DNA from: the human T2T-CHM13v2.0 reference genome, Homo sapiens
Length of the DNA: 64,000 bases
NCBI RefSeq assembly: GCF_009914755.1
Contig: NC_060942.1
Direction: 5' to 3' (one strand)
Part shown: positions 39,280-53,075 of the stretch, piece after piece
Position numbering within the stretch: the stretch's first letter is position 1
Layout: each line of letters starts with the position of its first letter
Translations under genes and position numbers: made by a program
Notes under the pieces: generated by a model
The model's database searches: none
What the model saw: the letters and a program-made list of their open reading frames with translations, nothing else
Told to the model about the DNA's origin: nothing

Positions 39280-39500
39280 CATGATGCATTACATTGATTT
39301 GTGAATGTTAAATTAACTTTACATCCCTAAGATAACATTTGCTTGCTCATGATATATGATCTTTTAAATATATTGATGTATTCAATTTGTTAAAGGGCTT
39401 GCATGTCTATTTTATAAGGAAGCTAGGTCAGTAAACTTCTTTTCTTGTAATATCTTTTTCTTGTTTTGGTATCAGGATAGCATTGGCCTAAGAAAATAAA
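39280..39500 (-). mobile_element. Ancient L1M ORF2 fragment, antisense
   Basis: attacattgatttt...aatgttaaa...ttttggtatcagg...tggcct. Confidence 0.6.
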
Positions 39501-40186
39501 TCCTGTTTCTGAAAAAAAGAGATGTTATAAAATTATTAATTTGCCAAAAGAACGTTGTCATATGTTTATAATTATATGAATGAGTTTTATATAACACATT
39601 CTACACAAGGCAGATAGGGAGAGGTTGGGGAAGAGAAAGGATGACCCCAAATGTGGGATGCTCTTGAAGACTAGAAGGCTGCAGACGTATCTCAAGAACC
39701 ACCTGTGCCGGTGTTTTATCATGGCTAATTTTCAGCAAGAAAACAAATCTCCAAATCTGCAAGAGTAAGAGCACCAGGAAAAAGAGGAGGACTAGGAAGA
39801 AGAGGAAGAAGAGAATAAAGATGAAGGGGAGGAATAAAAGAAGGAGGAAGAGGAAGACAGAGGAGAATAAGATGAGGGGGAGAGCTGTGTTTGATCAAGA
39901 GCATGAAAGGGCAGGCGATTCAGGGGAAGGTAGGATCACCAAACGTAATTATAGCAACATCCTACCAAATGATCCAGACGAGAATAAAGGAAGCCTAGAA
40001 AGAAACCAAAAGAATTGCACAATGAGGGTTTTGAAGTATTCCAATGAAAGAAACCTGTTTTAAACATGAGAGATGGGTTCACAATCAAGAAAGAACACAG
40101 GTAAGTGATAAGTGCCTACACAAAGTGCCCCAAAAGGGCTAAAGCCCAGAATGAAATGAGGTTTGTGAATTTTAAAAAGAGACAAG

Positions 40187-40469
40187 GGCCAGGCACGGTG
40201 TCTCACTTCTGTAATCCCAACATTTTGGGAAGCTGAGATGTTTGAGACCACCCTGGGCAACAGAGTGGGACCCTGTCTCTACAGAAAATAAAAAAATTAA
40301 CCAGGTAAAATTAGCATGCAAGTAGTCCCAGCTGATTAGGAAGCTGAGGTGGGAGGATCCTTTGAGCTCAGGTGTTTGAAGCTGCAGTGAGTCATGATCG
40401 TGCCATTGCACTCCAGCCTGGATGATGGAGCAAGGCCCCGTCTCAAAAAAAAAAAAAAAAAAAAAAAAA
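40187..40469 (+). mobile_element. AluJ with an internal deletion in the left monomer
   Basis: ...tgggaagctgag|atgtttgagacca... lacks the ggatcacttgag segment; poly-A present. Confidence 0.88.
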
Positions 40470-40739
40470 GCCAAGGACAGTAAACACAAAAAAGACTTTT
40501 TAAAAGAGATGGCTTAGAATGAATAGAATGAGGAAAATCCCAAGGCTTGTTCCAGATGGTACAATGTGAACAGATGATAATGAAAGAGGAGGAAGAGGAG
40601 GAGGAGCAGTAGGGAGGAGGGAGGAGAAGGACAAATATCAAACTCTCACACTTTTATTTTTCTACTATTTTCTCTATCAGAGGACATGATCTTCAAATTT
40701 TAAAAGGGAGAAGACGCATGGTAAAGAGAAATTTGAACT

Positions 40740-41500
40740 CCAGCAAAACCTCTTCTATGCAGATGACTCATGCATTTATATTTTTGTTCCAGAACTCCCA
40801 TGTGAGAGTCAGGTACCTGCCAACTTCACTTAGATACTTCAAAGTGCTGCATACATAGCACCTTCAAAACCAAACTCTCCCGCCCCCATCTCCACCCCAG
40901 CAGTAAAAGTACTGGGCTCCTGTAGAGTTCTGTACTTCAGTGAATGGAACAACTGTCTTCTACGCAGGTCAGAAACCTGGGTACTCTTTTTGGACACTTC
41001 CCTCTCCTGCCATATCACCAAGAGATATTGATTTGGAATCTCCGGAAACCACCCACTTACCCCAATATCACTGTCACCATCCTAGTCCCAGTAACCATTT
41101 TCTTGCACCTGGATATTACATTTGTCTTCTAACCGATTCTCCTCTTCCACTGTCCTTCTCCTTCCACTCCATCCAAAAGGATGTTTTCAGAGGGCAAAGT
41201 AGATATTAGCTTTCTTTGCTCCTCCCCCCAACACTAGCAAGGATATAAAGATTCAAATGTTAAACGTGACCTCTGGGGCCCTGTGACATGGTCCTGCATC
41301 TTTCCAGACTTATCTAGCACTATCTTGGTGATCCAGCCGTGCTGGATTCATTTCTCACCCTTTTGTTTCTTTCTGCCTTTGCAAACGCTCTTCCCTCTAC
41401 TGGAGGCATGATTCCCTTGGCTCATTGTCTGATTAAGTCTAGATTTTCTTCAGACCTCATCCCAGTCTTACTTCATAGGGCATGCTTTGCTGAACATCTC
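40740..41500 (+). mobile_element. L2 fragment (its 3' tail continues at ~41990-42160)
   Basis: atgcagatgactc...aatggaacaact...cagaaacctggg...gcctttgcaaacgctcttccctctactgga; tail taggcatttaataaatatttttgaatgaatgaatga. Confidence 0.7.
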
Positions 41501-42395
41501 AAGTCAATATGCGATTATCTAATCTCTTCTGTAGGTATTGAGCCAAGTGATCATTTGGGATCAACTTTACTTATGAGCAGAAGGCTCAAAAGGTGCATGG
41601 GTCACTACACTCTTAGTATCTTCAAAGAGACTCACCTAAGGTTGAGTCTCTTTGTTAAATTCACTGTGGAGAGAACTGACTCTCTGCTAGCCACCCTTCT
41701 AATAGGATGAGTATGAGGGGTGCATTGCATGGAGGGAGGCAGGAAATAAACACTTTGAGATCAAGGACACTACAGAAGATCTCAGGTACTAGATGCATAG
41801 GGGAGTGCTAAGAAATACCAATTCCGCATGCCCTAGACTCCATAGGGCCCTAGTCCAGTGGAAAGTTGAATTCTGCTATCATTTCTCCCAATGAAGAAAG
41901 GGACAGCCCTGATTGCAGACATTTCACTGCCAGAGAACCAGGGCAGAGCTCCCAGAATAGTTCAACAGCAGCCCTTACCATGGTAGTAAACTGACATTCA
42001 TTTGTGTGATTGATTTGAGAATGTTTATCTCACCACTGAACAATGGGAGCGCAAGAGCAGCAATCATATATGTTTCTGATCATCTTGTTATCCTTTGCCT
42101 CTACTCGGGGCCTAGTGATAGTAGGCATTTAATAAATATTTTTGAATGAATGAATGACAGAGCTCTTAAATTGCTAGGCTGTGCTGAGAGGGTAATGACA
42201 GCATTAACTGCGATTAGCAAAACACTTGAAACCAAGTGTTTTATATAGAGTGTTAGTACTAGTGGTCTTGTTTATAAATCTGACCTTTCTATATCTTTCT
42301 CTGGCCAATAACACTGTGATGCCATTAAGGCATGAAGATTCAATATTAGTCAAACACATACATTCTGCTTAGAAAATTAGCATGTGGGATGTTGA

Positions 42396-42708
42396 GGCCA
42401 GGTGCAGTGGCTCACGTCTGTAATCCCAGCACTTTGGGAGGCTGAGGTGGGCGGATCACTTCAAGTCAGGAGTTCAAGAGCAGCCTGGCCAACGTGGTGA
42501 AACTAACAAGACAAAAATTAAAATACAAAAATCTCTACTAAAAATACAAAAATTAGCCAGGCATTGTGGTGGCTGCTTGTAATCCCAGCTACTCGGGAGG
42601 CTGAGGCAGGAGAATCACTTGAACCTAGTGAGGCAGAGGTTGCAGTGAGCTGAGATTGTGTCACTGCACTCTAGTCTGGGTGACAGAGCAAGACTCCATC
42701 TCAAAAAA
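42396..42708 (+). mobile_element. AluSx/Sz with an expanded A-rich linker and a 23-bp TSD
   Basis: TSD aaaattagcatgtgggatgtYga at 42373-42395 and 42709-42731. Confidence 0.94.
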
Positions 42709-43239
42709 AAAATTAGCATGTGGGATGTCGATTTAAAATATTATAAGATCCATTAGATGAATGATTTAATTTTCCCAATGAAGACATTTTTCTTTTTAAA
42801 AAGAGGACACACCTAAAAATATTAAGCTCGAATTTTTGTGCTTGACAAATTATAACACAAAGAACTTTTGGTAGGGCCCCCAAAATCAACCTGGGCATTC
42901 TTAAAGATTGTTAAAAGAAACGGTGGTGGCAAAACACTGAAGATAGACAAGACTTTTGAAGCTTTAAAGAAATATGTTCTGTATATAGTAGCATGATAGG
43001 CTTGACTTTATACCTCAGCATCATCCTAGAACAGGCTGTTAAATGGAAGGTCCGTGAGTGCTTAAAGAAGCAACCCACATTTACAAAGAAGTAGTATGCT
43101 AAGCTGACTGTGCTTTATTTTTATTTTTTATTTTTGAAGATTAACTTGGTTGATAGGTAAACACACACACTGAGATTTCTTATAAAAAATCATCTTTATA
43201 GAAAAAAAACAGGAGAAAAAGATTTCTAAATGGTAACAG

Positions 43240-44900
43240 GACTGGTTTTCACAGGAGCTGAATTTTCTCACTTCTCCTGGAATCTATTCCAAACAACAAA
43301 ACAACAATACAACAAAATGAAAAGAAACACCCACAAATTACATTTTCAGCAAAACCAGCAGAAAATCCACAGACTCCAAAGTCAGAGTCAGGCAGAAAGC
43401 CAAGGAGAAAAGTCTTAATACTGTGGTAGGTAAGTGGGAGGTATGAAGGGGTTCTAGATATAGCAGAACTCAGAAATCTCTGTTGAATATCCACTCCCCA
43501 AAAGTAAGGGCCTTAATCCAAGAGGAAAGTGCTGCAGAAAAGACTGAAATTTACGCAGCAGGTGGAGGGTAAATGGCAAATCTCATTAGGGCCAGGAAAA
43601 TTCTAAAAGTGTTACTGAAAGTGACGGCATCATTTGTGTTCCCATGTGACAGGCAGCCTGTGAAGTGATCCATGAAGTAATTGAGGAAGAACAGAACTAG
43701 GTTTGGTTCTGAGTCAGATGATGTGTGACTATATAGATGGATCATATTATGAAGAAACAATTGTAGCAGCAGCAAAGGAAGCCTTTGATGCTTGGAAAAC
43801 TACTGCCCATCATTCCCTCTACAGGAACATTCTTTTGATTTCCTAGGAAAATTCAACTCATTCAAATAGGAGTAATATACAAGTAATACACATACAGATA
43901 TGATAAGAAATATGGCCTATGACATGAATTTACCTATATAACAAACCTGCACAATATCCTGAACCTAAAATAAAAGTTTAAAAGTAAAAAAATAAAAGAA
44001 ACATGAAGAAGACCAGTCAGGAATTTCTTGTAAATAATGAAAACTCAACTGAAATATATGTTGTCACAAAAAAGATTAAAAGCATAACCCAACATTGTTA
44101 TTAATTAAACCAATAATTAATGAAGCAGTTATAGCTATAAAAGAAGATCACAAAGCAGAGTTGTAAGAACTCAGGGAAGAAATGAGAAGAAAACAGGAGG
44201 TTACTGGTACACTGCTGGAGGATGTCAAATGGGAACTGGCGGAATTGAAGGAAAGGAAGGTAAAGGAAGGGACATAAAAGATAAAAAGTGAAAATGCAAG
44301 TAAATTATACAGAGGCAAAAAAGATAAAGAAGGATTAGAGAGAAAAGGACATGTATCGAATATGGCAAAGGAGAGCCATCATATGCATAGCTGTGATCTC
44401 AGAAGAAGAAAGCCAAAACAATGGAATAGAATAATTACTTTAAAATATAATTCAATAAAACTTTTCTAAAATAAAAAAGCCTTAAATCTACTTATGAAAA
44501 AGATATCCATTGTATCAGTGCAAAGTCGTCTAGAATGATCAACCCAAAGACACATCCCAGAAAAATTTTTGAAAAGAATCCTTAAGGCAGTCAAGGAAAA
44601 AGATAAAAATCAGTTAAGGAAGAGAAAATGAAGTTGACATCAGATTTATCCACAGAAATATCTAACCTCAGCAAAGAGTGGAGCAGGATCCATAAGATAC
44701 CAAGTTAGAAGGCAGGAGTCAAAGATTTTCTCTCTAATAACGCTCCCCTTCAGTATCAAGACTCAAGGAAAAAGGCAGCTTTGAGCCTGCCAGGATTTGG
44801 GTAACACTGTTTCCTCATGTTTTCTAGGGGAAGATCCTAAAGGAGGTGCTATAGACTAACATGAATCAACAGAGAAATGTCGGCAAAAGAACCTGTGGCC
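43240..44900 (+). mobile_element. Ancient HAL1 / L1M ORF1-region relic
   Basis: A-rich, with remnants typical of L1 ORF1 (cagaagaagaaagccaaaacaatggaatagaa...aaaacttttctaaaataaaa...gacacatcc...aagttgacatcagattt). Confidence 0.55.
43915..43995 (+). mobile_element. Tiny L1PA-type 3' end insertion
   Basis: tttacctatataacaaacctgcaca...cctgaacctaaaataaaagtt followed by an A tail; TSD aagaaa(t/c)atg. Confidence 0.75.
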
Positions 44901-45570
44901 AGTGTTTAAATGATCCAACATGACAGGAAGTTCCTGTTGGCTACATATATATACCCTTTAAGAATTTTTTTCTATTCCCAATTTGTTATAATAATTTTTT
45001 TGTTAGATCATTAATGGCTGTTGAATATTTGGAAATACCTTTTCTGCATATATTGAGACAATCCTATGTGCTTTTTATCCTTTAATCTTTAAGCACTGAG
45101 AGTTATGTGAATATCTTTTCCAAAGTTAACCTTTCTTTTTGTTAATAAATAATTGTCATCTGGCCATGTTATTTTACATTATTTTTAATTATTTAATTGT
45201 ATTTTTAAGTTTATTAAGAATTTTTATGTCAGATTCATGAAAGAAATTGCATTTAAATTTTTCTTTCTTAAATGGCCCTTGTCTGGTTTAAGTCTATATT
45301 AAATCCTGAAACTAGTTGGGCATTTATTTTTTGTTGTTGTTGTTGTTCTAATTTCTAGAAGAATTTTTATACGACAGGGATTACCTCTTCTTGCAGGTTT
45401 TATAAAAATTAATAGGGTCTGGTCTTTTTCTGAGTAAATTTTAAACTAAAATTTTAAATTTTAATATGTCAGTTTCTTAAGTTGTTATGGATATATTCAA
45501 GGTTTCTGTTTTTACTGAGTTTTGAATGCTTTATTTTTCCAGGAAACTGAACACTTACATTTTCAAGGTA

Positions 45571-46130
45571 CAGGTTGAGTATTCCTTATCTGAAATGCTT
45601 GGAACCAGAAAGGTTTTGAATTTCAGATTTTTTCGGATTTTAGAACACGGTCATGGGCCAAACGACATTTTGGTCAATAATGATTGGATGTAAGACAGTA
45701 GCCCCATAAGATTATAATACCATATTTGTATCTTTTCTATGTTTAGGCACACAAATACTTATCATTGTGTTATAATTGCCTACAGTATTCAGCACAGTAA
45801 CAGGCGGTAAGATTCTGTGATCTAGGAGCAATAGGCTATATCATAGCTGAGGGGTGTAGGAGGCTCTACTATCTAGGATGTGTCAGTAAACTCTATGATG
45901 TTCACACAACAACCAAGTTACCTTACAGTGCGTTTCTCTGAAGGTATTCCCGTCATTAAGTGATGCCTGGTTGTGTTTCCATCTTACTGGTTCAGCAACC
46001 CCAATCCAAAAATCTGAAATTCAAAATGCTCCAATGAGCATTTCCTTTGAGTGTCATGTTGGCTCTCAAAATGTTTTGGATTTTGGAGCATTTAGGATTT
46101 GAGATTTTCAAATTAGGCACACTCAACCTG
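45571..46130. mobile_element. Tigger4a (Zombi_A/MER46A), split by a Tigger3a
   Basis: TIRs caggttgagt...actcaacctg; the two halves (45571-45647 and 45974-46130) rejoin colinearly. Confidence 0.87.
45648..45973 (+). mobile_element. Tigger3a nested in Tigger4a
   Basis: Homologous to 5530-5868 (cccataagattataatac, aaatacttatcattgtg, taggagcaataggcta). Confidence 0.85.
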
Positions 46131-46879
46131 CACTCGTATGAAGTTTGTTTCTGTTTTTGCTCATATGATAGATTTAATATCTACTGCATATATATCCACG
46201 GCCCTTTTTTCATTTCTGTTAGTGTTTATATTGTGCTTTCTTTTTTTCCCTCCTTGGTGACTTTACTCAGAGGTTTATTAATATTATCAGTCTTTCCAAA
46301 GAACAACAACAACACAAACTTGCTAACAGTGATTATGTCTGGGGGATTTCTATTATCTTCTTTATGTTCTTAGGTATTTTACAAAATGTACCCAATAAAT
46401 GCATATTAAGTTTATGAACCCCTCCCCCTAATAACACCTGTAACAAAGTAATATGCTTTTAAATAAAATTTTAAAATGTAGACTGGATAGGAGATTCATA
46501 ACTGGTTGAATGACTTTTCCTAAATGGTATCTAAATAATTTCATGAAAAAGAACAGGACAGTCTCTAGCGAGAAGCAGAGTCTTTCTTTCTAGCCCTATT
46601 CTGAACTTTTAAAAATTGCCAACTTCAACAATGAGATATTGGATACAATTATGAGTATTAAAATATCATACATACATTGGTGGGGGAAATATTTAAAATA
46701 TTGGATCTCAGATTTAGCATTCCCCAATTTTGTTATTGTTTTGAAAACATTCTTTTTGGTAATTCAAATGACACTTTTAGATGAGCGATTTAGAAACAAG
46801 TTGTTCTTTCCTCAAGATTCTACTGCCATTTTCTGGAAAATTATAGTAATAAACGAATAACTGTAAGATGACTACTAAC

Positions 46880-46942
46880 GTAAGTGGAGCTCCCTAGAGT
46901 TAGGTAGTGCACAAGCTGCACATCAGTAACCAGTGGCCCTTG
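46880..46942 (-). mobile_element. MER91-like (hAT-Tip100) fragment
   Basis: tggagctccctagagttaggtagtgcacaagctgcac...gtggccct. Confidence 0.45.
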
Positions 46943-47314
46943 CCTAGAATACACTCATATCTATATAATAATATTTAATACAGATACATGTAATTGTAAT
47001 ACTCTACATTGTGTTAAACCACCTGAGTGTGCAGTACAGTGTGGGGAAACCTATCAGTATGATTTCGTGTGAAAAAATGGTCCTAGAAATTTTACCTGAG
47101 TGTGAGGCAGCCTGACATGATTACCAGACAAGCTGGTACTTTGATAGAAGTTCATGGCCAAAGAGTTCCACTGAATGCTGTGAAGTCTGGACCCAAATGA
47201 AATAATAATATTCACGCTATGACACCATAAGCTAAGAGGGATGCTTTTCTTGGGATGAGATACAATTTGTCAGATGAGATGCTCAAAGTCCTGTTCTTAA
47301 AGAATTGCTGAAGG

Positions 47315-47758
47315 CAATATTCACAATAGCAAAGTCATGGAATCAACCTAAATGCCCATGAACGACAGACTGGATAAAGAAAATGCAGTACATATACACC
47401 ACGGAATACTACGCAGCCATAAAAAAGAATGAACTTATATCCTTTGCAGCAACATGGATGGAACTAGAGGCCATTATTCTAAGTGAACTAACACAGGAAC
47501 AGAAAGCCAAATACTGCATATTCTCACTTAAGCCAAACATTAAGTACATATGGACACAAACAAGGGAACAACAGACTCTGGGGCCTACTTGAGGGTGGAG
47601 GGAGGGAGGAAGGTGAAGATCAAAAAGCTGCCTATCGGGTGTTACGCTTATTACCTGAGTGACAAAATAATCTGTACACCAAATCCCCTTGGCAGGCAAT
47701 TTGCCTATGTAATAAACCTGCACATGTACCCCTTACCTAAAATAAAAGTAAAAAAAAA
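47315..47758 (+). mobile_element. L1PA15-16-type 3' end, 5'-truncated
   Basis: tattcacaatagcaaag...aaataatctgtacaccaaatccc...aaacctgcacatgtacccc followed by an A tail; TSD gctgaagg. Confidence 0.9.
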
Positions 47759-47920
47759 GCTGAAGGAATTAGTTCTATCGATGGTGGAAAAATGAAGACT
47801 TAAGTGGCAAATAATGGTTTGCATTAAACATTTGAAGGAATGCCATGTGGAGGAGTAATTAGGTATATTTCCTGTTGTTTTACAATCAACAAAAGGGAGG
47901 TAGATTTTAAAAAATTAATT

Positions 47921-48221
<301 letters not shown>

Positions 48222-48858
48222 AAAAAATTTATTCTTATTTTATGGCTCCAAGACAAATTCAAAGAGAAGTGGATTTGGATTCACAATACAGAAGAATCGT
48301 CTACAAAGCATGTCAAGAATGGAAAGTGCCATTGGGGTGGGAATCCAGGCCACTTTTCTAGAGATCACTGGTAATATGTGCAAGGAGTCAATCTATGTGT
48401 AATATTTAGTGTTTTGCATGACTGTTGGCCTGGCTCATCTACTTCCAGGAATTTTTCCTGAATAAACAACTAGATGATTATTGAAGAGTTTGTAACAGTA
48501 AGGGATTTGAATAGGTTACTAAGTAAATACAAAGAAAAGAAAAAGAAATGTGAAAGAAACATTAACGAGAGCAAAGAGAGCTGGGAAAGAGAATGAACTC
48601 AACGGAACAGAAACTACAATTATAAGCACTGGGGTAAAAAAGAGTGTGAGACATTATTAGAAAATGGCCAGTCAAAATAAGGTTGAATGCAAGACACTGA
48701 GGCAATGGCCCAATTTTTTTGTTAATTAGATGAGAGAATTGTGATTGCTAAAATTAAACTTAGATTGAGGAACTCTGGTGAAGTGAGGTCAACAGAAATA
48801 GCTAATAGGTGGGAAATTACCTTAGTCACTTGAAACAGAAGAAACCTATTACTAATGG

Positions 48859-49371
<513 letters not shown>

Positions 49372-49809
49372 AAGTGTGCACTCTAGGCTAGATATTGACC
49401 CAGACATTTGTGATGTCTCCATCTGAAAATAACAAAAAGAGCCGAAAACCTCTGTAGATTATTATTTAAAATTAGAATATTTAAATTATTTTAAGATGCT
49501 AAGAATTACTTGCATTACTTTCTTCAAATTGAAGGATGTGCATAATATTTGGGAATTCTAACCAGGAAAAGAGTTTTAGCCTTTCATTGAAAATGACATT
49601 TATGGTATTATTCATAATGGTAAAAAGCTGTTTAAAAATTCAAATGACAATGAATAGAAATAGAAATGAATATTCTAGCCATGGTGTATTTACATACTAT
49701 AATAACAATACATATTTTCATTAAATGATAGAGTATTATTGAAAATAATAAACATTTATCAAAATGACACAAAATGATTTTTACCCTACCAGTTTAAGGA
49801 AACTCTTGG

Positions 49810-50750
49810 CATGTGCAGTAGTTACTTCCCAATTGCCAAGTTCACGATCAAGCTTTCCATTCCTTGTCTGACTGGACCACTCCTTGGTAGTTGACTTTGT
49901 TAAACTTTCCCTGTTTCTTGAAATCCTCTTCGTCTCCCTTTACTCCCACACTTTTCTGGCCTATTTTTATGACCTTTCTTAGTGCTTTTCCTATGATTCC
50001 TGCTGTGTAGCCCAGGAAGTTGGCTTGTGATGTCTCATCTTCTGACTTTACACATGCCCCAGTGTGACCTCATTCACTCTCAAACTCCTCTCAGCCTCCT
50101 ATGTGATAACTCCCCAGTGCCTTTCTCCAGTTCTGATGTCTTCCAGAACTGCACAATCATAAATCCAGCTGCCTTCATTCCTCCCTCTTCCTCATCCATC
50201 CCACTCAATTCTTGACCAACTTGATACTCTCAAGATACAGTAGAAAGGTGTGTTTACTTCTCTCCATCTTTATTGCTTCAATCCTATTCCAAACACAATC
50301 ATTTCTTATCTGGTTTACTATAATAACTTCCCAAATAGTATCTGAATAAATGAACATTTGCCTACGGGATATCTTCAACTGAATAGGCTTCAGGCATATA
50401 AGATTCAGCAGGCCGAGAACAAAACCAACTTCTCCATCTAAATGTATTCTTTCTCCTACATTAATTATCTCAGTTGGAAGTATTGACAGGCACCCAATTT
50501 TTCAAACTATAAATTTTTCATCATTTTTACTTTTCTCTTTCCAGACACCTCAGTAGTTCAATCACTAAGTCCAGGTGATTCTATACTTAAAACATGTTTT
50601 TTCCTATTTAAAAAACTTTAACCATCAGTTCCCCTCTCCTCCCAGGTTGGTGAGAGCTCTTTGAGGGCAAGAGTCATGTCCTTTCAACTTTGTATTCCCA
50701 GCCTTTAACAGAGCCCTTAATCTGAAATATACTTAGTGCTCACAAGTGTC
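49810..50750 (+). mobile_element. L2 fragments
   Basis: ttgactttgttaaactttccctgtttcttgaaatcct...tgacctcattcactctc...tgagagctctttgagggcaagagtcatgtc...cttagtgctcacaagtg. Confidence 0.6.
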
Positions 50751-50787
50751 TGAATTAAAAATTATATCATATACAACAAAAGGGAAA

Positions 50788-50871
50788 CATATATATATAT
50801 ATACGTGTATATATACATATATATACACGTATATATATATGCACACACACACACACACATATATATATATA
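50788..50871. repeat. Compound (TA)n/(CA)n microsatellite with an internal 23-bp-arm palindrome
   Basis: Alternating purine-pyrimidine tract; arms at 50793-50815 and 50818-50840. Confidence 0.93.
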
Positions 50872-51702
50872 AAACACCTGATTGCAAATGTGCAAGATGT
50901 ATGCATTTACATGTATAGATACTGGAAGGGGATTTCAAATGACATGAATAATTGGTGTTTTACTATAAAGTTAAGAGACTGATAAAAATTTCAAATAAGA
51001 AGCAGCAAATATGTTACTCATAGGCAAAGGGGAATCTAGATCTAATAAACTAAAAAATTGTCTGGCATGAGATTCTTCTGCTCTAAAAAGCTTACTAAAT
51101 GAGCTTTCACATGATAAACATTAGAGGGCATACCATCTCACAAGAAAGGAACACTCCTTTTAGATGACACTAAGAGTTAACACTTTAAATGTAAGAAGAA
51201 AAGTGGTGGATGAAGCTATTGAATGCTTATGTTTCAAGAAGAGTGAACAATAGAACTTTCATGCTTCAGAGCTTTTTCCATACATGAGGTTATAAGTATA
51301 TTTTAAGTGAGATGTTAGAGCAGGTGACAATTTTTAACAGGGACTAAAAAATTAATTGCAACTCAAAAATTAACAATATTTAAGAGTGAATGACTGTATA
51401 CTGCAGAGTATGTAAGTAAGTACACCATCTACAAGTGCTCTGATTTCAAATAGTGATTTGAATGGACATGCTGCCTAACTATTTTAGAAGAGTATTCTTT
51501 TAAAATAATCTAAAAAACACAGAAATGGATGGTATTTTCATTTCATCACCATATACGTGAAATATCCAGGGACCAGTGCATATATACAATGATCTCATTT
51601 AGCTGATAGGCAATAGATATATAATTTCACACATCTTTCACACCAAGTTTAAAAAAATGGTATTAAGTTTAAGAAATAGCTTATGTTTTAGATAGTAGAT
51701 TC

Positions 51703-52498
<796 letters not shown>

Positions 52499-52629
52499 GA
52501 TGCTGAAGGGTTTCATGTGCTCAAAACCCTGATAAGTGAAACTGTAATCTCTAACAGTAACTTTTGCAATGTCTCTTAAATCTGCTCTCTTGCTTCAGTT
52601 CACACTGCTAACACTGTGTTTTTTCAGGC

Positions 52630-52900
52630 ATAATAATAATAGGATTTATTGAGGCATCATATAATGTCCCATTTCCAAGCATTGGTCTGCACCTTCCACA
52701 TGTATTAACACAATTAATTCTTTTGACAACCCTGTATGATAGGTATTTTTATTATCTCCACATTACAGAGGAGGAGACCATGGCAGATAGACATGAAATA
52801 TCTCACTCAATGTTGTATAACTGCTAAAACACAGGATTTGAACACAGCTTTCTGGTAGCAAAGCTATATTTACTCTTCCCAGAATGAACTTCATGGCCCT
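52630..52900 (-). mobile_element. MIR
   Basis: atttattgagg...acaaccctgtatgataggtatttttattatctcc...caggatttgaacacag. Confidence 0.7.
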
Positions 52901-52969
52901 TGAACTGCATGGCTGTCAATGAAGGTGAACGCCTCACTAATTTACCATCTATGTTGACTGTTGAATTAT

Positions 52970-53075
52970 TGTGGCAGACAGAATTTTGGCTCCCATGATC
53001 TCCACCTCCTGGTGTCATGCCCTTGAATTTGTGACGTTTCATGGAAAAAGGGACTTTGCAGATGGAATTAAGTGA
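52970..53075 (+). mobile_element. MLT1 LTR 5' fragment
   Basis: tgtggcagacagaatt...cccatgatctccacctcctggtg...aaaaagggactttgcagatggaattaag. Confidence 0.65.

Larger units (their letters stand above)
44960..46370 (-). mobile_element. Ancient L1M ORF2 relic, antisense (hosts the Tigger stack)
   Basis: ggctgttgaat...cttttctgcatatattgagacaatc...; T-rich reverse-L1 sequence on both sides of the Tiggers. Confidence 0.6.

Noticed and set aside
39780-39880. Basic, NLS-like ORF start (MKGRNKRRRKRK) and polypurine tract
   Set aside because: GA-rich low-complexity sequence with an imperfect internal duplication; the peptide is a compositional artefact.
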